A stretch of 64,000 nucleotides of DNA from Ignavibacteriota bacterium (GCA_963701295.1 OY969585.1:2624001-2688000); one strand, 5' to 3'; shown: positions 17,969-26,272, numbered from the stretch's first letter. Numbers and translations are program-made. Notes: generated by a model not told the origin, from the sequence alone.

Positions 17969-18038
17969 TGTAAGGATTTGATTCATCAAATCTCTAAGAA
18001 AAAGGACGTGATAAATCACGTCCTTACAAAAGCAAAAA
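17969..18038. repeat. REP-like inverted doublet (GTAAGG...CCTTAC)
   Basis: gatttga-ttca-tcaaatc and ggacgtga-taaa-tcacgtcc hairpins; second copy at 21816-21884. Confidence 0.75.
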
Positions 18039-18057
18039 ACAAAACATTGCCACCATA

Positions 18058-18123
18058 GTCATTCCCGCGAACGCGGGAATCTCATGTTGGGAAAAGTAAG
18101 ATACTAGTTGACACGGGCATGAC
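18058..18123. repeat. GTCATTCCCGC-family palindromic element (ATTCCC-N8-GGGAAT core)
   Basis: gtcattcccgcgaacgcgggaatc ... decayed right arm cacgggcatgac. Confidence 0.75.
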
Positions 18124-18136
18124 GGAAAGAGGCAAA

Positions 18137-18997
18137 ATGGAAATAAAAAAAGAGAAAACAGCAACACTGCTCATTGTCGAAGACAGTCCGACGCAATTGC
18201 TCATACTGAAGAATTTACTCGAGAAAAATGGTTTTCATGTCGAGCGAGCGGTAGATGGCGAGGCTGCCCTATCTTGTGCTCGAAATAGTAAACCGGATCT
18301 CATTATTAGTGATATTTTTATGCCAAAGATGAATGGTTATGAACTATGTCAAACTCTCAAGCAGGACTCTAGTCTCAGGTCGATACCGGTTATATTGCTC
18401 ACCACGATGTCAGCTTCAGAGAGTATCGTCAAAGCACTGAATACCGGTGCCGATTATTTTGTCCCAAAACCGTACGATGAGAATTACCTCATTTCAAAAA
18501 TAAGATCCATTCTTGCTACAAAGGATTTGAACGGAAATCTTGATCAAAAAGAAACAATGGAAGTCGTGGTAGATGGTAAACGGTATACCGTTACTTCAAC
18601 CCGTCAGCAGATTTTGAATCTGCTTTTATCCACGTATGATGCCGTGGTTCAAAAAAACAATGAACTCGATGAGACGCAGAAGAAGCTCCGCGAGACGCAG
18701 GATCAATTAATTGAGAGTCAGCGCCTTGCGGCGATTGCAGAAGTTGTGAGTACTATATGCCACGAAATTAATAATCCTCTCACAGCAGTCATGGTACCTC
18801 TGCAATCCCGCTTACGGCATGACCTGCCGGAAAATTATAGAAAGGATTTTGAAGGATGGCTGGAAATGCTTAAGAGAATATCCGTTGCCGTTAAGAAGCT
18901 GTCAGGGTTAAAGGCATCCCAAACGACTTCGGCTGGGGGAGAGTTCAAGATGATCGATCTTTCATTAGAAGAAAATCAACAAAAGAAGAGCTCGTAG
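18137..18997 (+). CDS. response regulator receiver + coiled coil + HisKA-like helix, no ATPase domain
   Basis: IVEDS, DLIISDIFMP, PKPY receiver motifs; HEINNPLT H-box; upstream ATG 18119 lies inside the repeat. Confidence 0.85.
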   Translation: MEIKKEKTATLLIVEDSPTQLLILKNLLEKNGFHVERAVDGEAALSCARNSKPDLIISDIFMPKMNGYELCQTLKQDSSLRSIPVILLTTMSASESIVKALNTGADYFVPKPYDENYLISKIRSILATKDLNGNLDQKETMEVVVDGKRYTVTSTRQQILNLLLSTYDAVVQKNNELDETQKKLRETQDQLIESQRLAAIAEVVSTICHEINNPLTAVMVPLQSRLRHDLPENYRKDFEGWLEMLKRISVAVKKLSGLKASQTTSAGGEFKMIDLSLEENQQKKSS

Positions 18998-19135
18998 AGA
19001 ATAATGTTCAGATAAAAACTGATGCTTGTGAAATAAGAGGTAGGATGCTAAGCGCTGAAAAAAAATCTCTTCTCCTACAGGGGGACAGGTCCAACATAAA
19101 AAGACACATTGACACATAATGACAGGAAGTATATC

Positions 19136-20128
19136 ATGGCAGAAAAGAAAATTAAATGGGGTATTTTAAGCACCGGATGGATAGCACATAAATTTGCGAC
19201 AGCGCTTCAGGTCGCAGCCAATTCTGAACTGTACGCCGTCGGTTCTCGTAATCTCGGCACAGCAAAAAAGTTTGCCAGCGAATTTCATATCCCCAAAGCC
19301 TACGGCAGTTATGAGGAACTTGTCAAAGATCCCGCTGTCGATGTTGTGTATATCGGGACACCGCACAATCTTCATTTAGAGAACACACTGCTTGCTCTCG
19401 ATCATCGGAAACATGTGCTTTGTGAAAAACCATTGGGCGTCAATCGGAAAGAAGCAGTTCAGATGATTGACAAAGCGAAAAAGAAAAATCTCTTTTTGAT
19501 GGAAGCGCTTTGGAGCCGCTTTCTTCCGAACATCATCAAAACAAAAGAGTTGATCGATTCCGGTGAAATCGGAGATGTAAAACTCATGACTGCATTCTTT
19601 TCCATTAAATCCGATAATGGACCGGAACACAGGCATTACAATATCGATCTTTGCGGCGGCACAATCCTGGACACTGGAATCTATAATATCTTTCTCTCGC
19701 TGCTGCTTCTTGGAAAACCAAAAAGCATTTCTGCCATCGCCGGGTTAAGCGAACAGGGCGGCGATAACAGCTGCAGTTACACGTTCAAATATGAGAAGGA
19801 TACTCTTTCAGTCATGTATTCCTCCTTCCTCGCAGATCCGGCTGGTGTTGCCGAGATCCATGGCACAAGAGGAAAAATTATTCTCGATCATTTATGGTTT
19901 TGCCCGGGTAAAGTGAAATTAACGTATCACGACGGCAAAGAAAAAATATTTGAATTTGATTTCAAGGGTAACGGTTATGAGTATGAAGCAGAGGAAACAG
20001 CAAAGTGTATTCTTGCCGGAAAGACTCAAAGCGATTTGTGGAGCTGGAATGACAGCATACAGCTAATAAGTGTTATGGATGCTGTCAGAAAAGAATGCGG
20101 GATTGTGTATCCCAAGCATGATTTATAA
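19136..20128 (+). CDS. Gfo/Idh/MocA family oxidoreductase
   Basis: KWGILSTGWIA, HVLCEKP, FLMEALWSRFLP, GGTILDTGIY. Confidence 0.92.
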   Translation: MAEKKIKWGILSTGWIAHKFATALQVAANSELYAVGSRNLGTAKKFASEFHIPKAYGSYEELVKDPAVDVVYIGTPHNLHLENTLLALDHRKHVLCEKPLGVNRKEAVQMIDKAKKKNLFLMEALWSRFLPNIIKTKELIDSGEIGDVKLMTAFFSIKSDNGPEHRHYNIDLCGGTILDTGIYNIFLSLLLLGKPKSISAIAGLSEQGGDNSCSYTFKYEKDTLSVMYSSFLADPAGVAEIHGTRGKIILDHLWFCPGKVKLTYHDGKEKIFEFDFKGNGYEYEAEETAKCILAGKTQSDLWSWNDSIQLISVMDAVRKECGIVYPKHDL

Positions 20129-20166
20129 AAAGGAATATATCGTCACAATGCCGAGGTAAAAAATAT

Positions 20167-20250
20167 GGTAGCCGCGACTGACTTGCCAGACATGTTGTTT
20201 GGCGGGTGGTGGAGGTCTGCATGATGCAGAGGTCAACGACCTCGGCTATT
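20167..20250. repeat. GTAGCCG...CGGCTAC REP-like doublet, copy 1
   Basis: gtagccgcgac...gaggtcaacgacctcggcta; aligns with 21888-21992. Confidence 0.75.
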
Positions 20251-20310
20251 GAACTTTTAAGATATACGAGAAATAACAAGTTTTTAAAAACTATTTCATC
20301 ATAGGAGGAT

Positions 20311-20706
20311 GTGATTATGGAGAAAATTACAGAACTCTTTGTCGTTGTTGAGAATAGACCCGGTGCACTGGGAGAACTTCTTGGATGTCTTGGTAGGGAG
20401 AAAATTAATATTGAAGCCATCGGGCTTTTCCAGGATACAGCGAAACTTTCTGTTTCGGATGTTGATCGTGCTGCAAAAGTAATGAAACAAAGCAACTACC
20501 AGGTGGAGCAGCGCGAAGTACTCCGGCTTCACCTGGACAACAAACCGGGCTCGTTTGCAATTGTTGTTTCGCGTCTCGGGGCGGCCGGGATCAACATCGA
20601 TTACTGCTATAGTACAGTCGGCAAAGGACAGAAGGATGCGTCCGTCATACTCGATGTCGAAGACATCGATCGTGCTATGTCGGTTCTTCAGGGAGCCGAG
20701 AAGTAA
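20311..20706 (+). CDS. tandem ACT domain protein
   Basis: VENRPGALG..INI and LDNKPGSFA..INIDY repeats; AGGAGG RBS (start may be 20317). Confidence 0.88.
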   Translation: MIMEKITELFVVVENRPGALGELLGCLGREKINIEAIGLFQDTAKLSVSDVDRAAKVMKQSNYQVEQREVLRLHLDNKPGSFAIVVSRLGAAGINIDYCYSTVGKGQKDASVILDVEDIDRAMSVLQGAEK

Positions 20707-20709
20707 AGT

Positions 20710-20888
20710 TGAAGCAGAACGGGGGTGAAAAAGCGGCCTGTAAAATACAGCGGTCAGCGACCTCGTTGAATGTGTTTAAAATTTTGTTACATGTTTTACG
20801 TTTAGCTGTTGCTCCAGCTGCCCAACCCAGCATAAAGAATGGCGGGTAAACAAGATGGCGGACAAGACGACCTCGGCTACAGATGTAC
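20710..20888. repeat. two decayed GTAGCCG-family REP copies
   Basis: ggtcagcgacctcg at ~20752 and gacctcggctacagatgtac at 20869-20888. Confidence 0.65.
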
Positions 20889-20928
20889 ATAGAAATGAAA
20901 ACTGAGAAGATGGAAACAGAAAAACAAT

Positions 20929-21786
20929 ATGAAAGGTAAAAATATGAAAAAGAAAATATTTGTCAGCATCGGAATAGCATTGCTTGTCATCATAATTGGG
21001 GCAATCATCATATTTTATCCGGCAATTCGCTTCATGACACAAAAAGACATTGTCCAGCTTGACTCAAACCTTACACTCATGCTTGGAGGCGGTGGCAACA
21101 GCGGAATCATTATAGGCGATAGTGTTGTGGTCGTAATCGATACAAAGATGATGAGCAGTTCTGAAGATCTGTTCAAACTCGCTAAGGAGAAAGCAGGCCA
21201 AAAACCGATTATCGTGATCAACACGCATTATCACAAAGACCACGTAAATGGAAATAAATTCTTCAAAGGCAGCAGGATCTATATTGGGAGTTATGAAAAA
21301 GAATTTCTTCAAAAGAATATCGATGCAGAAAATCAGCCGACAGATTTTGTAAAGGACAGCCTGTTGATCGATCTTGGTAATGAGAAAGTGCACCTTTATA
21401 ATCTTGGCCAAGCTCATACGTTGAATGATCTCGTTGTTTATCTATCAAGCCATAATGTTTTGTTTACTGGAGATTTGATATTCAATCGGGTCAATCCAGT
21501 GTTAAAGGAAGAGAGTGGGGCAAATGTCTCACAATGGATACGCGCGTTGGATATCATTCTGAGCCGCTGGGGAAACAGCAAGATTGTTCCTGGACACGGA
21601 CAGGTGGGAGATAAAGAAATGGTTGTATCCATGCGTCAATATTTTATTGATATGAAATCTGCCGCCGCAGACCCAAGTAAAGAAAATCAGTTAAAGGATG
21701 CATATAAAGACTGGATGAAATTACCAGGTATGTCGTCACCTGAAAAGACTATCGAATATATAAAAATGTGTGATGTGAAAAAGTAA
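20929..21786 (+). CDS. MBL-fold metallo-hydrolase (cyclase-like) with N-terminal membrane anchor
   Basis: INTHYHKDHVNGN, AHT, LFTGDL, VPGHG. Confidence 0.9.
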   Translation: MKGKNMKKKIFVSIGIALLVIIIGAIIIFYPAIRFMTQKDIVQLDSNLTLMLGGGGNSGIIIGDSVVVVIDTKMMSSSEDLFKLAKEKAGQKPIIVINTHYHKDHVNGNKFFKGSRIYIGSYEKEFLQKNIDAENQPTDFVKDSLLIDLGNEKVHLYNLGQAHTLNDLVVYLSSHNVLFTGDLIFNRVNPVLKEESGANVSQWIRALDIILSRWGNSKIVPGHGQVGDKEMVVSMRQYFIDMKSAAADPSKENQLKDAYKDWMKLPGMSSPEKTIEYIKMCDVKK

Positions 21787-21815
21787 ATGGAATAATGCAG
21801 CTGCGGGAAATTCTC

Positions 21816-21884
21816 GTAGGGATTTAATTCATCAAATCATTGTGGAGGTGAACGTGATAAATCATGTCCCCCCAAAAGCAAAAA
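21816..21884. repeat. second copy of the GTA(A/G)GG...CCTTAC doublet
   Basis: gtagggatttaattcatcaaatc...acgtgataaatcatgtcc...aaaagcaaaaa matches 17969-18038. Confidence 0.72.
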
Positions 21885-21887
21885 TAT

Positions 21888-21992
21888 TGTATCCGCAATT
21901 GGCTTGCCCGGCACATTGTTGGGCGTGTGATCGTGGTCTGCACGATGCTTAGGTCAGGGACAGCAATCCGAGGTCAACGACGTAGGCTACAG
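21888..21992. repeat. GTAGCCG-family REP doublet copy
   Basis: tgtatccgc...ggtctgcacgatgc...ccgaggtcaacgacgtaggctacag. Confidence 0.72.
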
Positions 21993-22024
21993 GTCTAGTG
22001 AAATTTATGAACAGGAGTTGAAAT

Positions 22025-22192
22025 ATGGGTGGTATTATCGATGCAATATTATCAAATAAGCTTTATATGATTTTTGCTGCATGTATAGTAGGCATTATGG
22101 TTTATTATATCATAAAAAAGACGATAAAATTATTTCTATACGCCTTTATTGTACTTATCGTATTTCTAGCATATATTTATATATTCAAATGA
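22025..22192 (+). CDS. small 55-aa membrane protein (not in ORF track)
   Basis: AGGAG RBS; MGGIIDAILSNKLYMIFAACIVGIMVYYIIKKTIKLFLYAFIVLIVFLAYIYIFK, two hydrophobic helices joined by a Lys-rich loop. Confidence 0.65.
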   Translation: MGGIIDAILSNKLYMIFAACIVGIMVYYIIKKTIKLFLYAFIVLIVFLAYIYIFK

Positions 22193-22280
22193 GTCTGTCT
22201 CATCGATTATCGAACCAGTTCAAAAAGCTGGAGAAATCCAGCATCAGAACAATAGGAAAACAATAACAGCAAAGGTAAAC

Positions 22281-22466
22281 ATGGAAGAAGAAAAAAAGGA
22301 AATACACCCGGTCATCGGCGAATATCAGGGCAAACCGATTATCCGCATCCCGACTGTAGATAATCCAAACCCCGATACAACTTGGCACTGGCTCTCGTTT
22401 GGGAAGAACAAAGCGAAGGCGATCGTAAAATACTATGATGCGATAAAGAAGTTTGCAGAAAGTTAG
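22281..22466 (+). CDS. small hypothetical protein (61 aa)
   Basis: AAGG RBS; globular-looking EYQGKPII...SFGKNKAKAIVKYYDAIKKF. Confidence 0.7.
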   Translation: MEEEKKEIHPVIGEYQGKPIIRIPTVDNPNPDTTWHWLSFGKNKAKAIVKYYDAIKKFAES

Positions 22467-22482
22467 GGAAGATAAAATGTTT

Positions 22483-22613
22483 GAGGTCGCCGGCCTTGGA
22501 TACAGTACGTTGTCAAAAGAAAGAAGAAAGATTTTGAAGCCATGATCGGTGAAAGCGATCGTAAGGGAATATAAGGCAAATGCCGACGTCAACAATGTCG
22601 GCTGCAAATGTAC
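22483..22613. repeat. two decayed GTAGCCG-family REP copies
   Basis: gaggtcgccggccttggatacag (22483) and ccgacgtcaacaatgtcggctgcaaatgtac (22583). Confidence 0.6.
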
Positions 22614-22816
22614 GCGAGATGATAATCAATCTTCTATAGGAAATGATCAAAAATAGTAGTATCCTGTACGTAGAGCGATACCTATAGGTCACGTAAAACA
22701 TTAAATAGATCCTGCCAGACAAAGAACTCAAGATAGCACCTCTAGAAAAAATCACTAGCAACGATCACACATCAAACAACAGTACACTATAACAAAGTAT
22801 TCAAAGGAGAAACACC

Positions 22817-23146
22817 ATGAAAATGTACGTCGGTAATCTGTCACGCGATATTACGGAAGACGAATTGAAAAAAGAATTTGCAGCATTCGGAGCCGTTGAT
22901 TCTGTTACTCTCATAAAAGATAAATTTACCGGAACAGCGAAAGGATTTGGATTTGTGGAGATGTCGGTACGTGCGGAAGCAGAAGCGGCTATTGCCGGAT
23001 TGAATGATAAAGAACTCAAGGGGCGTAAAATTGTAGTGAACGAAGCGCGCCCGATGGCCGACCGAAAGTCGAACGATCGTGGACGCGGCGGCAAAGGCGG
23101 CGGTGGAAACAGATCTCAGGTACTAACCACGATGTATTTATTTTGA
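22817..23146 (+). CDS. RRM (RNP-1) RNA-binding protein
   Basis: MYVGNL (RNP2), KGFGFVEM (RNP1), VNEARP, Gly-rich tail; AAGGAG RBS. Confidence 0.93.
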   Translation: MKMYVGNLSRDITEDELKKEFAAFGAVDSVTLIKDKFTGTAKGFGFVEMSVRAEAEAAIAGLNDKELKGRKIVVNEARPMADRKSNDRGRGGKGGGGNRSQVLTTMYLF

Positions 23147-23170
23147 CTCACCTTTTTCACATCTTCGAGG

Positions 23171-23202
23171 GAATTGCACGCTAGAAATGAAGCGTGCAAT
23201 TC
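23171..23202 (+). terminator. stem-loop downstream of RRM gene
   Basis: perfect 12-bp stem gaattgcacgct/agcgtgcaattc; no clear U tract, so function uncertain. Confidence 0.45.
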
Positions 23203-23232
23203 GCGAGACCTCCCGGCCACACGAGAAGATGT

Positions 23233-23298
23233 TGCAGCAGTGACCGATGGTCACGATATGCTCAATACTGACATCACCGACGCTGGCTACAGATGTAC
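23233..23298. repeat. GTAGCCG-family REP doublet, decayed
   Basis: tgcagcagtgaccgatggtcac...accgacgctggctacagatgtac. Confidence 0.65.
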
Positions 23299-23318
23299 CG
23301 AGAGATTATCGGAATTGT

Positions 23319-23539
23319 ATGAAATCTGAACAGCCCAATAATCCGCTCCATGGCAAGACATTGGAAATAATCTTGCATCATTTGGTAGATCAGTATGGTG
23401 GGAACAATTGGGTGCAAGGATTAAAATCAAATGCTTCAATGACAATCCAAGTATACAATCGAGTTTAAAATTTTTACGCAAGACTCCCTGGGCACGCGTA
23501 AAAGTGGAAAACCTGTATCTCGAGAGTATGGAAGATTAA
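23319..23539 (+). pseudogene. VF530/DUF2132 family protein, frameshifted near 23398
   Basis: [18 protein letters not shown] then in shifted frame [41 protein letters not shown]; one base missing. Confidence 0.85.
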
Positions 23540-23609
23540 ATTGCGATATATGTAAGGACACAGAATTGAGAGATTACTATAACGCAACTAACAATTATTG
23601 TGAAAAATA

Positions 23610-24533
23610 TTATCCGTTATCTACCAATCCCGCCATATTTTCGTAGAATATCTTTTTAATGTCAGCTATCGGTAAGCGCATTTCCTGCACCAGCTTCAAC
23701 TGATTATCCACGATGTCATAGCGGTAACCGCGGGGCAGTAATCCGGAATCCGATCCGAACAATATCCTATTGGGCGCAAAGATGTCCAAGAATTTCTGAA
23801 ATACACGGCGCATATCTGGTTTATCTTGGTGTTCGGTGATCCATGAGTTAGATCCGGCAGTGTCAACGTAAACGTTTTTACATTCCTGACCGGTCAATAA
23901 TGTCTCAGCGAGCCTTCCCGCACCGAAATTTGGAATGATGAACTTGATACCGTTAAACATTTTAGCAACCGGAATAAGATCTTTAGGGTTTGAGAATTCT
24001 TCGTTTGTCACCGGAGGAATGCCTGCATAGTCGCGCGGACGCATAAGGAGCTTACCGAAGTGAACAAAGATTATGCCTTTGCATTCTTGGATGAGATTGT
24101 AGAGCGGATAAAGCCATTCGTCGTTGACACTAATGTGGTACAACGAAGGATAGAGCAAGATGCCCTTAAACTTGTCTTCTATCATCCGCTTGGTGGCATT
24201 TTCCATCAAAACATTTGAATTAGGATCAACCGCAAATATTCCTGTAAAACGAGCGGGAAATGCATGCACCGCTTTGACAACGGATTCTTCATCACCGGGG
24301 ATACTACCAAAGAGCATCAACCGCTCCAACTTCCATTTGTCCATGATATCGATCCATCGTTTGGCAAGCTGTTCCGGATCTTCGCCTGGGATTTCAATAT
24401 GTCCCTTGGCTGCTAAGTTTCGCAGTTCAGTATTCATATCAGCTCGGTTCGGCTTCTGCTTTATTAAAAATTTAAAGAAAGAGTTCGAGTAGAAGTGAAC
24501 GTGTGCATCAAATATTTTGAAGAGACCAATCAT
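23610..24533 (-). CDS. amidohydrolase family protein (Amidohydro_2-like TIM barrel)
   Basis: DAHVH, FKGILLYP, VHFG, VYVDTAG, RILFGSD. Confidence 0.85.
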   Translation of the reverse strand: MIGLFKIFDAHVHFYSNSFFKFLIKQKPNRADMNTELRNLAAKGHIEIPGEDPEQLAKRWIDIMDKWKLERLMLFGSIPGDEESVVKAVHAFPARFTGIFAVDPNSNVLMENATKRMIEDKFKGILLYPSLYHISVNDEWLYPLYNLIQECKGIIFVHFGKLLMRPRDYAGIPPVTNEEFSNPKDLIPVAKMFNGIKFIIPNFGAGRLAETLLTGQECKNVYVDTAGSNSWITEHQDKPDMRRVFQKFLDIFAPNRILFGSDSGLLPRGYRYDIVDNQLKLVQEMRLPIADIKKIFYENMAGLVDNG

Positions 24534-24535
24534 TG

Positions 24536-25372
24536 CTAAAACAATTCGATAGTGCCCACAGGAGCAATCAAGGTACGTTCTGCACCGAGGAGGAAGAGTG
24601 TTTCAAGAGCTTTCTTACCGCGTTCTCCCATATCCACCGTTAATTCGCTGACATACATTTTCACAAAACGTTCTCCAAGTGCAATATCGATTCCGCGCCC
24701 ATACTGCAATGCGTACGGAATTGCTTCTGATTGATGCGTGTATCCGTAATGAATACTTTGTTTCAATCCGACAGAAAGTGTGTGAGCCAGCACTTCACCA
24801 AGATCTTTCCGCACGACATCGAGCCCTAAAGGCAGCGGCAAATCGTCAAACCGTGATTTCCACAACTCACCCAAATCGATGATCTTCTTAAAACCTTGAT
24901 CGGCGTATGTAATTTGTTCCTCGTGAATTAACACGCCTGCCGCAAACTCACCTGATTCGACACGGTTCATAATTTGATCAAACGGGATATCTACATTCTC
25001 CAATCCGTCCGTGAAGATTTTGAAAATAAGCGATGCTGTTGTTAGTTTCCCCGGTGTTGCAATCTTCTTGCCCTGAAGTTCCTCTAAAGAATCATAATTC
25101 CTTGATATGAGAACCGGTCCGTAACCTTCGCCCATACTGGCGCCTGTCGCCATAATCCAATAATTATCGGCGACAGAAGGATATGCATGAGCAGAGATGG
25201 CAGTTACTTCCAGTTCATCCTTTAAAGCGCGCATATTTAAGGTTTGAATATCCTCAAGCATATGATCAATGATGATACCGTCGAGTTTCACTTTCCCGGA
25301 CGAGAGGCCGTAGAACATAAATGCATCATCCGGATCTGGGCTATGTCCAATTCTGATAATTCTATCGCTCAT
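24536..25372 (-). CDS. mqnD: 1,4-dihydroxy-6-naphthoate synthase (MqnD family)
   Basis: GHSPDPDDAFMFY, GASMGEGYGP, PGKLTTA, LPLPLG, MYV. Confidence 0.88.
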   Translation of the reverse strand: MSDRIIRIGHSPDPDDAFMFYGLSSGKVKLDGIIIDHMLEDIQTLNMRALKDELEVTAISAHAYPSVADNYWIMATGASMGEGYGPVLISRNYDSLEELQGKKIATPGKLTTASLIFKIFTDGLENVDIPFDQIMNRVESGEFAAGVLIHEEQITYADQGFKKIIDLGELWKSRFDDLPLPLGLDVVRKDLGEVLAHTLSVGLKQSIHYGYTHQSEAIPYALQYGRGIDIALGERFVKMYVSELTVDMGERGKKALETLFLLGAERTLIAPVGTIELF

Positions 25373-25382
25373 AATTTTCTTG

Positions 25383-26108
25383 CTACACTTTCACTGCCAA
25401 ATAGATAGATGCTATGCCGAAGGTTTGCGGATACCATATGGCACTTGAGAACCCGGCATTCATCAGGCAATTGCAAAATTCTTCACCATCCGGAAACTCC
25501 ATAATCGTACTCGGGAGATATTCATACGCCGAACGATTCTTTGAAATAAGACCTCCCAGCAAGGGAAGGAGATATTGAGAATAGAACTGATAGAACTGTT
25601 TTACTGGCGACCGACTCGGCTGTGAAAATTCGAGTATCATTGCTGTTCCACTGCTGCGAAGCACTCGGTAGAATTCACGCAGCCCATGGTCGAGATTCTC
25701 AAAATTTCGTACTCCAAATGCTGTCATAACCACATCGAATGAGCCAGATTCAAATCGAAGATGTTCTGCTTCACCGGATTCAACTGCAATAATGTCTTCA
25801 AGATTCTTCTTAATAATTTTAGCCCGGGCAATTTCAAGCATCTTCGTTGAAATATCCACGCCGATGACTTGCTCCGGATTCAGCCTAGCTGTTTCTATTG
25901 CCAGATCTGCCGTGCCGGTAGCGACATCGAGTATTCGTCTTGGGTGTAATTCCAGGAGCATCCGCACGGCTCGCCGTCGCCAAAGTATATCTATGCCCGA
26001 ACTGAGTGTATGATTCAGAAAATCGTACCGAGAGGCAATAGAATCAAAGAGCGAACGCACATGCTCTTGTCGGTAGATGTGTCGATCACGTTTCTCTTCT
26101 CTGGTCAC
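25383..26108 (-). CDS. ubiE: demethylmenaquinone methyltransferase
   Basis: FDSIASRYDFLNH, LDVATGTADL, AFGVRNF, ILEFSQP, AYEYLP. Confidence 0.93.
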   Translation of the reverse strand: MTREEKRDRHIYRQEHVRSLFDSIASRYDFLNHTLSSGIDILWRRRAVRMLLELHPRRILDVATGTADLAIETARLNPEQVIGVDISTKMLEIARAKIIKKNLEDIIAVESGEAEHLRFESGSFDVVMTAFGVRNFENLDHGLREFYRVLRSSGTAMILEFSQPSRSPVKQFYQFYSQYLLPLLGGLISKNRSAYEYLPSTIMEFPDGEEFCNCLMNAGFSSAIWYPQTFGIASIYLAVKV

Positions 26109-26220
26109 ACTGCCTATCGTTGGTTCACAGGTTCTATATCTTTTTAAAACTCGGAGTAAATATACACAAGAGAGCCAAGAATTCCAACGTTAAATTACGC
26201 ATCTATGGTACCATCGTCTA

Positions 26221-26249
26221 TTGAATCAAATAAAAGATTAACGTACTAT
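26221..26249 (+). promoter_or_regulatory. putative sigma70 promoter of tatD
   Basis: TTGAAT-17 nt-TACTAT. Confidence 0.45.
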
Positions 26250-26272
26250 TTTATCAACAAATTGCTTAGAGG

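Noticed and set aside
18061-18080. Neisseria dRS3 repeat acquired by transfer
   Set aside because: Matches ATTCCC-N8-GGGAAT, but it is part of a broader GTCATT-type palindrome and nothing else suggests Neisseria origin.
20167-23298. Integron cassette array (attC sites)
   Set aside because: Repeats lack RYYYAAC/GTTRRRY ends, have GTAG/CTAC REP-type ends instead, and no integron integrase is in the window.
12081-23298. CRISPR array
   Set aside because: Repeats are degenerate, irregularly spaced and separated by whole genes; no cas genes.
23247-23468. 73-aa ORF as a real gene
   Set aside because: Starts inside a REP copy and runs off-frame through the frameshifted DUF2132 gene.
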